64,000 nucleotides of DNA, taken from positions 909,115 to 973,114 of the forward strand of contig NW_014577078.1 in assembly GCF_000485595.1 (NCBI RefSeq), read 5' to 3'. Positions within the stretch are counted from its first letter, which is position 1. Each line of letters starts with the position of its first letter. The notes beneath the pieces were generated by a model, which was given only the letters and a program-made list of their open reading frames with translations, searched no databases and was not told the DNA's origin. This stretch comes from Priapulus caudatus (lineage: Eukaryota). Position numbers and translations under genes: made by a program. This document shows positions 26,101 through 37,595 of the stretch, piece by piece.

Positions 26101-29100
26101 TCTCAGACTTTTTCGTAGCTACTCCTCACTAATCATGTTCTGACCACCTTCAAGCATGCTAGAGATTCCGTCGGCAAGAGTGAGGGTTGTCACTAACGTG
26201 GACACTGGCGAGAATGTGTTTTACGTCCTCGGTGACACTTCTGCGTACCCGTTGTTACTGGAGACACGTCTGCCAATATAAAAGAGAATATATTTATAAT
26301 GTAAATGTCATGATCTGAGCCACGGTTGACTGTGACTGGGACTGTGACGATTAAAGCCATTTTCTACGTGGTTTATTAAACAACGATCTAAGTTGATGAA
26401 CTACGGTTAACCCCCATCAATCACACCACACATAGGTAATGACAAATGTAAAAATGACTGGACTGATTCTAGATCTGATTTCTCTATTATTCTTGAGTTT
26501 TTCTGGCATGGCATATTATGATGTGTGATGTAGGCGAGGCAACACCTCCATGAATTGTGTCTAATGAAGCCGATGTAGATTTCAGCCAATAAAAAACTAC
26601 TTGCATTGCTAGGCTAGTGGGTTCAGAAGGGGCAAACGATTCCTGAGTCAGGGGGGTGATAGAACGTGTATGTGCTGTGACGGAACCAGTGGTATGATGC
26701 GGCCCACGTGGAGGTGGAACCTGCATGGGCTGGATGATAAAGCCCATGCAGCATTCAGTAGGGCTTCACCACTCCACGGTGGCCGCGAGGGTTCATCAGT
26801 CTCAATGCTGCTGCCGGAGGATTTTCTCAGCCTAACTGGTCAATTAGCTCGCACTGTTATCACCGACCAGCGCTTCACTGTCAGTTGGCAGTGTCCCCGT
26901 TATCGTTCTGTCTCCATGAGTAAAGGTTATTAACGTAGCGTCGTGTGAGGGTGAGCCAGAGATACCAACCACTACAATTTATGCGCATTTTATACGAATT
27001 TCGTTTGCATTTTGACCACTATGACCAGTTTGCATACAACTACAATTTTTATTACGTTTGATTACATTTTTATGATATTTCAAGTGTTTTGTTTCAATGT
27101 TACATTGATATAACATGATTAAAAATAACTACATGTATTTAGCAGCAAATATCAGTGTAAACTTATTATCATTTTGGGTCCCAGAATGCAGGAAATTGCA
27201 TCTCGGAATCAAAGATTTTTCGGGGGGCATGCCCCGAACCCCCCTAACACACTTGGGTCACTGCGTGACCCTCGGACTACAGATTTCAGATATCCTCACT
27301 ACAGTTTGCTCAGAAAAGTGTTGGCATCTCTGGTGAGCCGATGGCCTTGCAGTCAAGCATGCTGCACTGTCAGAGATAGCACATGACGAGGAGTCTAGCC
27401 GAGTGTGCAGCATGGCGCGTGTGGGCATCGATCTATAAATGTCCCGGTGAATTGTTAATATGTGCATGTCGTGTGTCGACATGACAGATCTACGAATAGA
27501 GCCTCATTGCTGGCCTCTACAATCATATTAGTAAATTGGCGTGCTGCTAACATTTGTTTGTAGGTGTTTACTGTCTTCATTTCATACCGAGGGAATCTTG
27601 TAATTTTTAGCTCATTTTTTACAGGTCAAACTGTATGGTATACTTTCGCTATCTGGTCTTGATATGTGTATGTGCATCAATTTATGATAGTGCTATAGTT
27701 TTAAATGACTTCACATACTATCCAAAATACACTACACTGCACTACACTACACCCAAAGGTTATGCATTAGAAGCATAAATAAGTAATAGTAGTAGATTTC
27801 CAGGATATATGACGGTAGCAAATGCTAAACTTCAATTTTTAATATTTATGCTGCACAGTATGAAACTCATGCTCATTGCAGCTTTGTTTTCATGGTGTGA
27901 TTCCTTATGTTTCAGGCAAGGATAAAGGCAAAGCTTGCACGGGCAGCCTACGTGCCTAAGAAAGGTTTCAAGATGATGAGTGCTACAGGTGGAGCTACAA
28001 GCAGTATGTATGAGGCAGTTACCACGGCAACCGCGACACAAGCAGGGGCCAACCAGGCACATACGAATGTCAGCTCGTCTGCGCAGGTGATGAAAACTTG
28101 CTCAACATCGTTATTTGCAGTAACAGATTATATTTCGTAAAAAATAATTAAATATTACTACACATAGATTCATTTCATATCGTTGGCTGTGTGGTACACC
28201 TGGCACCATTAGATAGTTATTATGTCATTTTGTCACGAATTTTATATACGTCACAAATTTTCTATGGTGTATATTTGTGAAAATTTTGTTGCAATTTTTT
28301 TACATGAAAAGTAAGTACTAATGGGACTAAATGTATCCTCAAATTCTTACCTGATAAGATTGTTTCTCGACTAGTTAGAAATCCAAAAAACCTGGGCGAT
28401 TTGATATATTAATCGTGACATTACATGCTTTTATGGGCTATATATGAGTCACGAGTGTTTGTTCACATCGAACGGAATAGCAAAATAGGAAGTATAATGC
28501 AGCAATTTAACCATAAAAGATGAATCACTTGCATTTTGTGAAAAAGTGGACATTTTTTTTACTTTTACTATTTACGGTGACGTAATCACTTTTTAAACAT
28601 GATGTACTTGAAGACATGCAGCAGTGTGTTAAGCACCCATTATCGGGCATGCATTTAAGTAGCTTCTGTACTTTCATCTTGTAGAGTCCCGTGCAAGTTC
28701 CCCAAAGCCAGAGTCAGATCTTTGCTCAGCAAGCTAATGCTTACCCTGCTGCACCTCATCAGGTCAATATGCCTTTCAACACACAGGTAACAACGACACG
28801 TTTACAGGCTGATAACATGTTCTATACTATATAAGCTTATGAGAAAGAATGCAGGTTATTTGTTATTTTAATCATGTATTTTCTCCTTTTTCTAATCTGT
28901 ATTGAGTACACTGACTCCAGACGAACAGAGTAACTACACATATATGTAACTTGTAAGACGAAACCTATGTATATGGTCTGTTATGATTCTACAGTAGGGC
29001 TATGGCTATTTGTCGCTGGTTACAACGTGTAACATCATAGTGATATGGTGTAAACCAGACTTAACTTTATGGAGGTGTTATTGTTGATCTGCTCATTCTT

Positions 29101-31617
29101 TCTCCATTTCAGGCATTTCCATTTTATCCTCCAAATATGTTAGCGACAACATGGCACACCAATCCACCCCTCTTTGAACCAGGAATGGTATGTTCCCTCA
29201 CGTGATTCATTGCAAATAATAGTGGTACGTTCGTGTTGTGCTAATTGCATACAATAATGTGCCAGTGCATGTTGTCAAAATGTGTACAACTGGAAACCAG
29301 GAACAGTGTTCAAAAAGAACACCATGATCTAGATTAAGTTATATTAATCTGTTTAAAATTATTGTCTGGTAAAAATCTGAAGTAAGTGCTATTCAAAAAT
29401 AATTGTTATACGTGCCCCAGCCTCTTTACTTATACAGTTGTACGCTTTTCTGTGGTCATCCCCCGACTCTACCATACAATTGTAGATTTATTGCGTGAAT
29501 TAGTTCCGCCTCTATAGTGTAATCTGCTAATTAGGTTGTGCAATTTTGCAGGCATTTGCAGCGAATGGCTTTGCACCACAGGCAACATTCAAGCCAGCAC
29601 AGAGTCCTAATCAAGGCTTCCAGATGGGAATGAATAGGAACAGGTGAGCAAGATAGTCAACCTGGGTGACTGCATAAAGAGTGCTATTCCCAGTCCCCCG
29701 TTCTTCCTGCTGTGACTCACTCTTGGCTCCCCCATATAGCAATTTTGCATTTCGACTGGGCATGCCCGGTAACATTGTTTTGTAGCCTGGTAAGAGACAT
29801 TTGCTACCAAGCACCTGCTGTAATAAAATGCACAGCCAGCTGTTTACAATGGAAAACAGTACATTTGTAACTTTTCCTTGACATTTAAATATTTCAGGTG
29901 GACAGCGTGTTATTAGTATTACCGGATGTGCAAACACCTTGTTTAAACTTGAATAGTGGCAAGTGCTCTGAAGCTTAACTAAAATTTATTACCATACCTA
30001 CGGAAAGTATTTGACAGCCAAAAAATCCATAATTCATCCCTTTTTTTGAAATGCGAAATTGGCCAATTAGTGATTGCTAATTAGGTAGTGGAACTTTCAG
30101 GAGTTGCAGCTAGCACGTTGCTCTGTATTGTAAGTGATCACTGTCATTTGTTAGCTTTATCTTAGGTGAAAATCTCTGTTTAATTAGGCTGGAATTTGTG
30201 GATTTTGTGGACGTTGCTTGGCTTCATTCTAGTTACAATGGGATTGCTTCTACATTTCCTAGTCTGCCTTATAGTATACCTTCTATTTACGTTAATTTCT
30301 GTGAATCAGCAACCTTTTATAAAATTCTAAACAGTGTTTTTTGCCTAAAACTCTATAACGTAAAGCCATTAGCTTAATTTCAGCTATATCAGAGTATTTT
30401 ACATTGTGTAGTTTCGTGTTGGCAGGCTATACCAATACGCTGCTGTGTGAACTGTTTTGCTGCATGCTTATTCGTTTTCCTGGTTTAAAGGCTATTGTAT
30501 ATTTGCGGTGAGAGAAGTGATTTATTTGAACACGGCTCTAACTCTACCAAAAGCCAAAAGCCAAGGCCAGACACTCGAGCATACATTCAGCACTAGTCGT
30601 TTTACTGTTCAGTTACATGTACAGTGCAATTGTGGGTTATCTCACACTGCAGTGATGGTTATTTGTGAATTTAAGAAAATTATGTGCATACTTGTGCCTT
30701 GATGGGTGATAGGGTTAGGACTATCACTCGCCAAAAATTGAATATTTAATCGATCAGTTTGCTTTAAACCAAACTATTTGAACCAAAATATGTTCTATTC
30801 GAAATTTTATCACGGTTCTAGTAAACAGGCCCGGGTGTTGTTAAGCTCCTTTGGTACACTGTGTTGTTGCAGTTTAATATAGTAGTTCATTATTCAGAAA
30901 GCAAAAAAAATCTCGTGTTGATTTGGCGAATGGGGAATTTGCCAACTAATGCCCATCTGCTGCATTATCATTCCATGTTTTACCTTTCATTCAGGTAAAG
31001 CATTGCAGATGTACGCAGTGCTGTGGCATTTCTATATCGAGGCAGTCACACTTTTCCTATATTTTGCTAGGTTTTCATCATTCATATGCTATGTTTCTCT
31101 CGGGTGTTTCTCTGAGCGCATGATACTGAGCACGTTTTTGTTCTGCGTGGTCGTGTGCAGTTTTGTGCTCACAATTCAGACTGCCTCTGAATGTTGTATG
31201 ACGCCGACGAAACTGACTGCTTTTTTGCGTGATAATTGGTATACAGTACAAACAACCTGTTTGTCTCGTACGAGATACTGACTCTCTCCACGTTTTCTGC
31301 ACCATACTAACACCCTGTTTGTCTGCTACACTGTTATGACCATGTTTTTCGACGCTAGGCGATCTTGCAGCGTAATAAACGATTGTCTGTGTGAAGCATC
31401 TCACCGAGCACACGTTGTGTGTGCGTGCTGCGCCATACCGACCACGCGTTCGACGCTAATAACGACTGCGTGTGTCTGCGTGCTACTCCCAGCAGGAACA
31501 AATCCGGCCATCGCTCGATGAGCAGCAGCGACCACCGGGGCCTCGACCGCACGTACGACCGTGGCAGCTACGAGTCGCGGCCGCTCTACGACCGCTATCC
31601 GTCGCTCGGCGGCGGCA

Positions 31618-31658
<41 letters not shown>

Positions 31659-34600
31659 CATGGCAGGATCGGCGGTGGCGGCGGCGGCGGCCAGCGCTCG
31701 TACAGCGACTCGTCGTATTCGTCGTACAGGGACAAGTCTGAACACAGTCATTCCAGGTATCGGTATGTGTGTCTTCTTCTCGTCGCTCAACACGTTTTAT
31801 CTCTCTTTCTCTCTGTCGCTCACGTGCTTTTTACGCTTTGCCAGGGATCGATCAATTCCCCTTTGCAGTCACTGACAGAGGTGGCGCATTTTGAAAGTGT
31901 TTATGCTTCTCGCTTTACCAGGAAATTTATTGACATGCAGCTGTAACCAATCGGCATTGGCTATGGGTTCTAAAAACAATGCTTAGTAACCGTGTGCCGT
32001 CGAAGAGTCGTGACAGGGTTCAGAACGGGGGAAGGAGACGTCAATGGGGGTCCGGAGCAGCGTGCCAGTCAGCGTGGTCGTCCCCTCCCTCGCTTCCAGA
32101 GCGTCAGCCATTGTGTGTGTTGTGTTGCCTGCAGGCGGGATGCTCACTCACCAAATTACCCAGGACACAGCCAGCAGACGGGCAGCTCGCTGATGAAGCA
32201 GGACAGTGAGGCACAGACGACGTCGTCCGCGTTCCGGCAGGCGCACAGTGAAGCCAAGGGAGACCTGTTGCCGCAGAGGTAGGCCGCTAGCAGCGTGCAG
32301 CACAGCTCAGTGCATCGCCGCCTCGGCTTTGGGGGTGGAGACTGTCTGATAGTTGCACGGGAGGAACTCGTGGGGGTCTCTCGATGGGAGACGCGTAGGA
32401 GCTGTTGATGTTGCCAGTTGTTTATCAAGCTGCTTGTAGTGCAGGGTGGGTGTGTTGTGTGTGTTAGTGTGGGTGTCTGGGAGTTGCTGTTTGGGTGCGT
32501 GCGTGCGTGCAAGCGCGTGTGTGCGTGCAAGCGCATGTGTGCGTGCGCGTGTTGGTGCGTGCGTGCGTGCGTGTGTGCATGCGTGCGTGGTGTGTGCTTG
32601 CGTGCGTTTTGTATATGTGTGTTTAATGTCTAAAAAGTATTGTTGAGCTACTAGCAAACCTCGTGTGTCAATTATGCACTGGCTATTGTGGGTGTGTCTT
32701 CAGAACTTGAGGAGGTGTCAGTAAATGTCAGTGTACAAGTCAGTACCAGTGGTATAAGTGTAGTTAGATGGCATTGACAAGTATAGTAATTTATAAATGC
32801 TGTAGTGATTATTCTGTGAATTCATAATGTGGTTTTTCCATTTAATCGTGGGTATATCAGTATCAGATATGTAGTTTGCTTTGTGGTGCTAATTAGAATT
32901 TTGTTGTGCAACCCAGGACAAACAGGAGAAGAAAAAAGGAGCCCGTGGCAAGTGAAAATGGTGCTAATACAAACGGCAGCAACGGCTCTGCTCGCCCGCT
33001 CAGAAACGGATCTTCGCAAACAACCATCTCTACCAACACGACAGTGTTGACGGCCACTGCCAAGGACACCAAGCCGGAGTCACCTAGCTTTGAGCTAGAA
33101 TCAAGTTCTTTCCCGCCTCTTCCAGGGGTCACGGTGAGTATGTTGTGCTCATCTGCCTAAGCAGGGGACGCACCATGCAAATTTATTCGCACGACCGCAG
33201 CGAAATTCACATATTGTGTCAAATAGCTATCAAACATGTTTGATATTTTCACTGCGTATAGATTCGCATCGTGTGTCCATGGAAGCGAAAAATCGAGCCG
33301 GCCGATGTTATAATGCAGTGAATCATTGATCAGTATGCTAATCACATGATTGAGAAATGGCGGCAATCCAGAAATCACATGACTAATGGAGCCATGGTTG
33401 GAGCCGTGTGGCGACAGTAGATCGTGTGTAGTGTGTCCGCTCAATTTATCGAATGCGGGTGCGAATATTTGTGCCGCGTAGATCCGCAGCGAAATTCGCG
33501 TAATGTGTCCCCCGCTTTATTTGCTGCCGTTTCTAGAAGCGTCCATCAGACGTACAGTAATCCATCGTGTTACGTGAGCAATGCATTCCAGAAGAGCGTT
33601 GGTAATGTGAAAATCCATAATGCGAGCTGCGCATTTCACCATTAAATTCCATTATATAATTTGAGATGCATTTCCATGGAAAATCTTTAAACAAAAACAT
33701 GTAATAGAAGGATAGTGTGCATGCTAGTAAACATTTTTAAATGCACGATGTAACACACACAGTATCATGATAATACTGGGAGGCAACGGGTGAGGAGAAG
33801 CTTTATTCATAGCTGGCTCGTTTTCGTTATCACTATCATTGTCAGTTTGGGTAATTCACGCTCTGACCTGAAGGCAAAAATGGACTAAAGTTGGTTGCCG
33901 TTTAAGGCTGATATTCTCTTTGTAGCAGCTGAGGTGGTTGTGAATCACTCTTGAAATAAGTAACAAAGACTGTGTTAGTTTATATGCTCTTACTATGTTG
34001 GACCTGGGGAATATTTGTTGCAGGTGGCAGGTTGATTGCAAGCACAGACATATTTTATAAACAACGCATGCTAAAGTCAAACTGTTTAATGTGACAGCGG
34101 TATAAGTGTCATAATTTACAAATGGCGTATCTGTGAATTCACGTAACCCGAGTTGTGGCAGTGCGGGGTATTACTGCATTTACTGATTTGTTATCACGAT
34201 CCGGATCGTGTCGCGTCTTATTTCAAACCGAACTGTTCACGCGGCAGGTCACGACTACAAAGACAGAGGAAATCTTTGAGAGCCGGATAGCAGATGTTGT
34301 CAAGGGAACTGCCAAGCCGTTGACGCGTGACAGTAAGACACAGACGGTTCCGATGTCTCCGACAAACAAGGGGGCAGCTACGTTAGCGAATGGCGAAGCG
34401 CAGACTCACTCACCGCCTGCTTCGCCCGCCATGTGAGTACACAGCAACCGTTACGTAGCAGTCACGCTGATATCCATGTGTATGAAATTGTATTTTTAAG
34501 TATGAATTCGTCTTTAAATCGTTGTCGATTGGAGTTTATTTCTTTAGTGTCTAGAGTTGATTTCACTAGTGGAAATACACTGACTGGATCATGCGTAAGC

Positions 34601-37310
34601 GTGCTATGAAATTGGTTGCATGTCCACAGAGAGGTGAAATGGAAGAGAAGGTCGAACTGTGTTCAAATTATTCCAAGTTCTGCCAAATATCATGCACAAT
34701 AAATAATGAATGCTATGAATACCAAATAACCTAGTTACTCAAGTGTAATAATTACAGGTGTAACGATGCATCGAACTAGCAATTAATCACGATAGTGTTT
34801 GGCTTGATAGCATTGCATCGATTGAAAAGTCAAATGAAAACGAAATCGGAAAAGGAAATCTACCACTATTACTTATAGTTAAATGAAAAATTGAGTTGCC
34901 AATAGATGAACCATTAAAATACAGGTTGGTTTATTTGCCGTCACATATATGGTTTCTCACGTAAATATGCTGGAAAACCATTACCAACACTTTCATCGTT
35001 GTTGTAAATAATTAATCTGGTCCCAGGTCGTCTTCTAAGCATAGTCCACTTATCTTCCTCACTCGCTATGCATGTGTGTGTGTGTTTGAGTGGAATGAGA
35101 GTATCAGTATTGTAAATAATGTGAACCAAATCGAGCACACACATGTAGATGCGAACATACAAGTGTGATAACAATGTAATACACGGTTTTATAATGGATG
35201 AATAATATTGCAATAATATTGCTGTAGTTTTTCAAATATTGCAATAGTATATCAGTTATTAAAAAATTATCATTATAGTATAATTACATCCAATAGTCAC
35301 AGCCTAGTCACAGTAGTTAGTAATGCTGTGAATTTAATTTCAGCTTTAAATGTAATTTTATGTTGTTTTTTTATTGTCAAAATCACTAAATTATGTGATC
35401 CTCATATGTTGAATTATTCAAAAAGTGTTTTGACAAAATTTTACTGGAAAGTCATGATGTCACCACGTTTTGAGTATGGTATCCTTTTCGGTAGGGCCTG
35501 CATTTGATCATGCACTATGCGTTTTGCTTGTGACACTACTAGGTTAACCAAGGCCACCAACACCTCCACGAAAGCTGTCGACACTACAGAGAAGACTGTA
35601 AAGAGCCCAGAGGAGGAGGTGTGTGCTAAGGTAGCCAGCTCCACCCTGGTGAAGCCAGCTACTTCCCCGCCTCCTTCACGCAAACCGGCGACAGCAGCAG
35701 CTGCTGTTGCTGCAGGTAAACCTGCCAGCAGCATCAAGAGCACCAGGTGAGTGTGCGTGTATTCCAGTTACGCATGAGTTGAGTGTAGCAGTTGGAGATT
35801 AGTTGAAAAGAAGAGTGGGATGTTGTCTTGGGGAGGAGTTCTGAAGTGAGGACAGCTCACTACACCTTGATTTGTCTATTATTCTAGTAGATGTAATGTT
35901 TTGAAAATGATATTTGTAACTTGGAACTGATAAGCAAGTAAAACCTTAGTAACTTATTGTAAAAATTGCATTGCCTGTCCGTTTTTCTCCCTCTTCCTTT
36001 CCATCTCCCTCTTCATTTCCCTCTCGCCCTTTTTCTCTCTCACTCCTTCCTTCCCTCCTTCACTGCCACTCTCAATCCATAGACATGTGAACAGTGAGAT
36101 ACTAAGGAGATGGATTTTGCATCTTTAATTCTCACACACAAAGTATTTATTGCTTTCTGAAAGCAGTACAGATAAGCCAACAAGCAAAGGCATCCAGTGT
36201 CAAGCCCCACAGCAACTGCAGCCACAGCCGACACCCGTCGCGAATGGGCCTGTTGCTGTTACTGTTACTGGACAGGTAGGTCCTTTCGACTGTCGTGCAT
36301 CTCTTGCACTTTATCCAATAATGAAATTCCCACCAGGTACTCCAATTTGTAGGGAAGCGGTCATAGTTTCAAATTTAGTAACATTTATATACCCTGGCAA
36401 CGACTAGGGAAGCTTGTTCGATATTAATTGTATTCCTGTTACTGTACAGTGGGGGAATGTTTCGCCTCACGCTAGCAATATCTGTATGTGGCCGTCATAG
36501 GTTTCATAAATTCCTGACAAGCGAGATCAATATATATATATGTTATGCCACAAAGTATGTTATATGTATCTGTGTGAGTGTAGTTGTGGTTGTTGGTTAT
36601 TAAGTATTGAGCGTACGTTAGTTGTGTTGCTTGGCACGTATACTGCTGTTCTTGGTGGTGCGTTTGTATAGGGTACTGTGTTTGCTATCATCTTTATTAT
36701 CATATCGGTTTTCCTCGTTAGGCCTCTGACGATAAGTCTGCTCCCAAACTGAGTTATGCTCAGATATTGGCACGTGCGAAGGAAAAGGAGAAGATGGCAC
36801 AAGAGCAGAAGAAGGAGGAAGAGAAGAAGGAAGCCCTGGCTGTTGCTAACAAGGAAAAGGAAAAGCCAAAAGATAAAGAATCAATTTCTTCTTGTAGGTT
36901 TTCACTAGTATAAGAGTTTTTTGGGGAAAAATATGCCAGTCAAAAATAGTTGTTTACAACTGATATGTCATCATATTTCTGCATCTGACAGTAGTAGCAT
37001 GGTAGATATACCTAAAGTTTCATGTTTCTATGTTGCCACCAGCTGTGTTCTGCTGTTTAATATTTCATATGCATTATGTATGATGTTGGCATTTGTTCTA
37101 CCATTACTGGTAGATGCATCTGTGCCATGAGCTATTTGGTTTTTAGCAGAAAATGTGTTATGTGTTTCTCACCCATATTTTCTTTGGTTTCTCTGTGAAC
37201 ATCAGTATTGACTTCATGCTGACTATGCATGTATGATCAACGTTTTTATTAGCAGTTAATATCTGCATCTGAATCAAACATGTAATTAACATTTCATGTT
37301 TATCTATTGA

Positions 37311-37387
<77 letters not shown>

Positions 37388-37595
37388 GTCCACCCATCTG
37401 TCTTTCTGACATTACTAAAACCACGTTGGTGTGTGTATTGCAGCTCGGCTCATTCTTAAGGAGACGCCGCGCAGCAATAGGGAGCGTGACTTCAGGATGC
37501 GAGCCAGTCGCGGACAGAAGGAGAACTGTCGGGATGAGCGGGAAACACGCGAGCGGCGCCGCGACTCGGCCGGCCTCCGATCCCCCACCAAGTGA
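4672..37595 (+). CDS. LARP4: La-related protein 4 (LARP4/LARP4B family), spliced gene span
   Basis: Exons with GT-AG boundaries and matching phases: (4672-4902 candidate), 16995-17115, 20923-21105, 22402-22486, 24602-24738, 25435-25538, 25899-26063, 27916-28086, 28685-28786, 29113-29187, 29552-29643, 31496-31762, 32135-32278, 32917-33133, 34248-34432, 35543-35746, 36167-36275, 36722-36893, 37444-37595. Translation has PAM2 (GLNPNANVF), La motif ([22 protein letters not shown]...VPIWTIANF), RRM ([11 protein letters not shown]...[13 protein letters not shown]...KPIMARIK), [29 protein letters not shown], ends RSPTK*, all LARP4 hallmarks. 5' start is less certain than the rest. Confidence 0.93.
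5969..7030. mobile_element. Composite foldback element: ~180-bp inverted arms enclosing two tandem ~290-bp TIR-bounded units separated by (TA)n
   Basis: Arms ~5979-6157 and ~6853-7030 are reverse complements; units 6195-6483 and 6544-6843 are direct copies, each with ~35-bp imperfect TIRs; left end CACAGGCACTTG. Confidence 0.85.
7524..7533. other. Assembly gap (10 N) within (TA)n tract
   Basis: Run of n characters. Confidence 0.99.
10789..11202. mobile_element. PIF/Harbinger-type (Tourist-like) MITE
   Basis: TIR AGGGCCGGACACACTAGGCGATG / CATCGCCTAGTGTGTCCGGCCCT; TAA on both flanks (10786-88, 11203-05). Confidence 0.85.
14060..14720 (-). mobile_element. Degraded non-LTR retrotransposon (LINE ORF2) fragment
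   Basis: Minus strand near 14445-14480 reads KYLG(V)TFSSYFSF across a frameshift, resembling the KYLGVxxxxxLSW segment after the RT core; purine-rich plus strand; boundaries approximate. Confidence 0.45.
15640..15825. repeat. Perfect 77-bp inverted repeat with (TA)n spacer
   Basis: 15640-15716 is the exact reverse complement of 15749-15825. Confidence 0.95.
16995..17115 (+). CDS. LARP4: LARP4 exon with PAM2 motif
   Basis: tgtgcag|[41 protein letters not shown]|gtaagt. Confidence 0.88.
18060..18490. repeat. Polypyrimidine (CT-rich) and (CGTG)n microsatellite block
   Basis: Direct reading. Confidence 0.9.
19870..20420. repeat. Compound microsatellite (GA)n/(GATG)n/(GACG)n/(GATA)n
   Basis: Direct reading. 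Confidence 0.92.
20923..21105 (+). CDS. LARP4: LARP4 exon (N-terminal region)
   Basis: cttgcag|[24 protein letters not shown]...AGVTL G|gtacga; phase 1-1. Confidence 0.85.
22402..22486 (+). CDS. LARP4: LARP4 exon, La motif start
   Basis: [29 protein letters not shown]; tttgcag|, |gtaaga. Confidence 0.95.
22553..24081. mobile_element. Old hAT-like MITE (TAGGGGTG...CACCTCTA) interrupted by a foldback element
   Basis: Termini TAGGGGTG / CACCTCTA, subterminal CGATAC/GTATCG motifs, degenerate 8-bp TSD TTTATAAT / TTTGTGAT. Confidence 0.65.
22875..23904. mobile_element. Long-TIR foldback non-autonomous DNA transposon, 8-bp TSD
   Basis: Arms ~22875-23278 and ~23453-23904 are imperfect reverse complements (right arm has an extra ~55 bp); termini CAC(C/A)GGCACTTGAAGC; TSD GTCTAGAG at 22867-22874 and 23905-23912. 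Confidence 0.92.
24602..24738 (+). CDS. LARP4: LARP4 exon, La motif
   Basis: [45 protein letters not shown]; |gtaagt. Confidence 0.95.
24800..25030 (-). mobile_element. Possible degenerate tRNA-derived SINE
   Basis: Minus strand TAGTGGG...GGTTGTGAGCACTCAAACCCCAGCCAGG resembles A/B-box head; boundaries approximate. Confidence 0.35.
25435..25538 (+). CDS. LARP4: LARP4 exon, La motif end / RRM start
   Basis: [35 protein letters not shown]. Confidence 0.95.
25899..26063 (+). CDS. LARP4: LARP4 exon, RRM
   Basis: [55 protein letters not shown]. Confidence 0.95.
26957..27332. mobile_element. hAT-like MITE
   Basis: TIR CAGAGATACCAAC / GTTGGCATCTCTG; flanking duplication GTGAGC (6 bp; or GGTGAGCC 8 bp if the terminal base is assigned to the TSD). 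Confidence 0.8.
27916..28086 (+). CDS. LARP4: LARP4 exon, RRM end
   Basis: [19 protein letters not shown]...SSSAQ; phase 0-0. Confidence 0.92.
28685..28786 (+). CDS. LARP4: LARP4 exon (Q/P-rich)
   Basis: cttgtag|[34 protein letters not shown]|gtaaca. Confidence 0.85.
29113..29187 (+). CDS. LARP4: LARP4 exon
   Basis: atttcag|[25 protein letters not shown]|gtatgt. Confidence 0.87.
29552..29643 (+). CDS. LARP4: LARP4 exon
   Basis: tttgcag|[31 protein letters not shown]|gtgagc; phase 0-2. Confidence 0.87.
31496..31762 (+). CDS. LARP4: LARP4 exon, Gly/Ser/Arg/Tyr-rich
   Basis: [45 protein letters not shown]...[20 protein letters not shown]; phase 2-2; alternative donor after 31756, alternative acceptor 31493. 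Confidence 0.85.
32135..32278 (+). CDS. LARP4: LARP4 exon
   Basis: cctgcag|[14 protein letters not shown]...KGDLLPQR|gtaggc; phase 2-2. Confidence 0.85.
32917..33133 (+). CDS. LARP4: LARP4 exon with FPPLPG motif
   Basis: TNRRRKKEP...[17 protein letters not shown]|gtgagt. Confidence 0.92.
33160..33516. mobile_element. Harbinger-type MITE, diverged
   Basis: Termini AGCAGGGGACGCA / TGTGTCCCCCGCT, flanks CTA / TTA, repeated CCGCAGCGAAATTC motif. Confidence 0.6.
34248..34432 (+). CDS. LARP4: LARP4 exon
   Basis: [24 protein letters not shown]...SPPASPA; |gtgagt. Confidence 0.92.
34753..35306. mobile_element. Degenerate hAT-like MITE relic
   Basis: Left TACAGGTGTAACGATGCATCG, right GTCACAGCCTA with ATTGCAATA subterminal repeats; no clear TSD. 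Confidence 0.35.
35543..35746 (+). CDS. LARP4: LARP4 exon (low complexity)
   Basis: [13 protein letters not shown]...[10 protein letters not shown]; phase 2-2; |gtgagt. Confidence 0.85.
36167..36275 (+). CDS. LARP4: LARP4 exon
   Basis: [36 protein letters not shown]|gtaggt; NAGNAG acceptor (36164/36167). Confidence 0.83.
36722..36893 (+). CDS. LARP4: LARP4 exon with KLSYA motif
   Basis: [36 protein letters not shown]...KESISS. Confidence 0.9.
37310..37386. repeat. (TCTG)n microsatellite
   Basis: Direct reading. Confidence 0.95.
37444..37595 (+). CDS. LARP4: LARP4 terminal coding exon
   Basis: attgcag|[19 protein letters not shown]...[10 protein letters not shown] (TGA 37593-37595). Confidence 0.88.

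Noticed and set aside
26721..26751. Perfect 11-bp stem hairpin in LARP4 intron
   Set aside because: No snoRNA boxes, Helitron CTRR end or miRNA-length stem recognisable; a single short stem can arise by chance.
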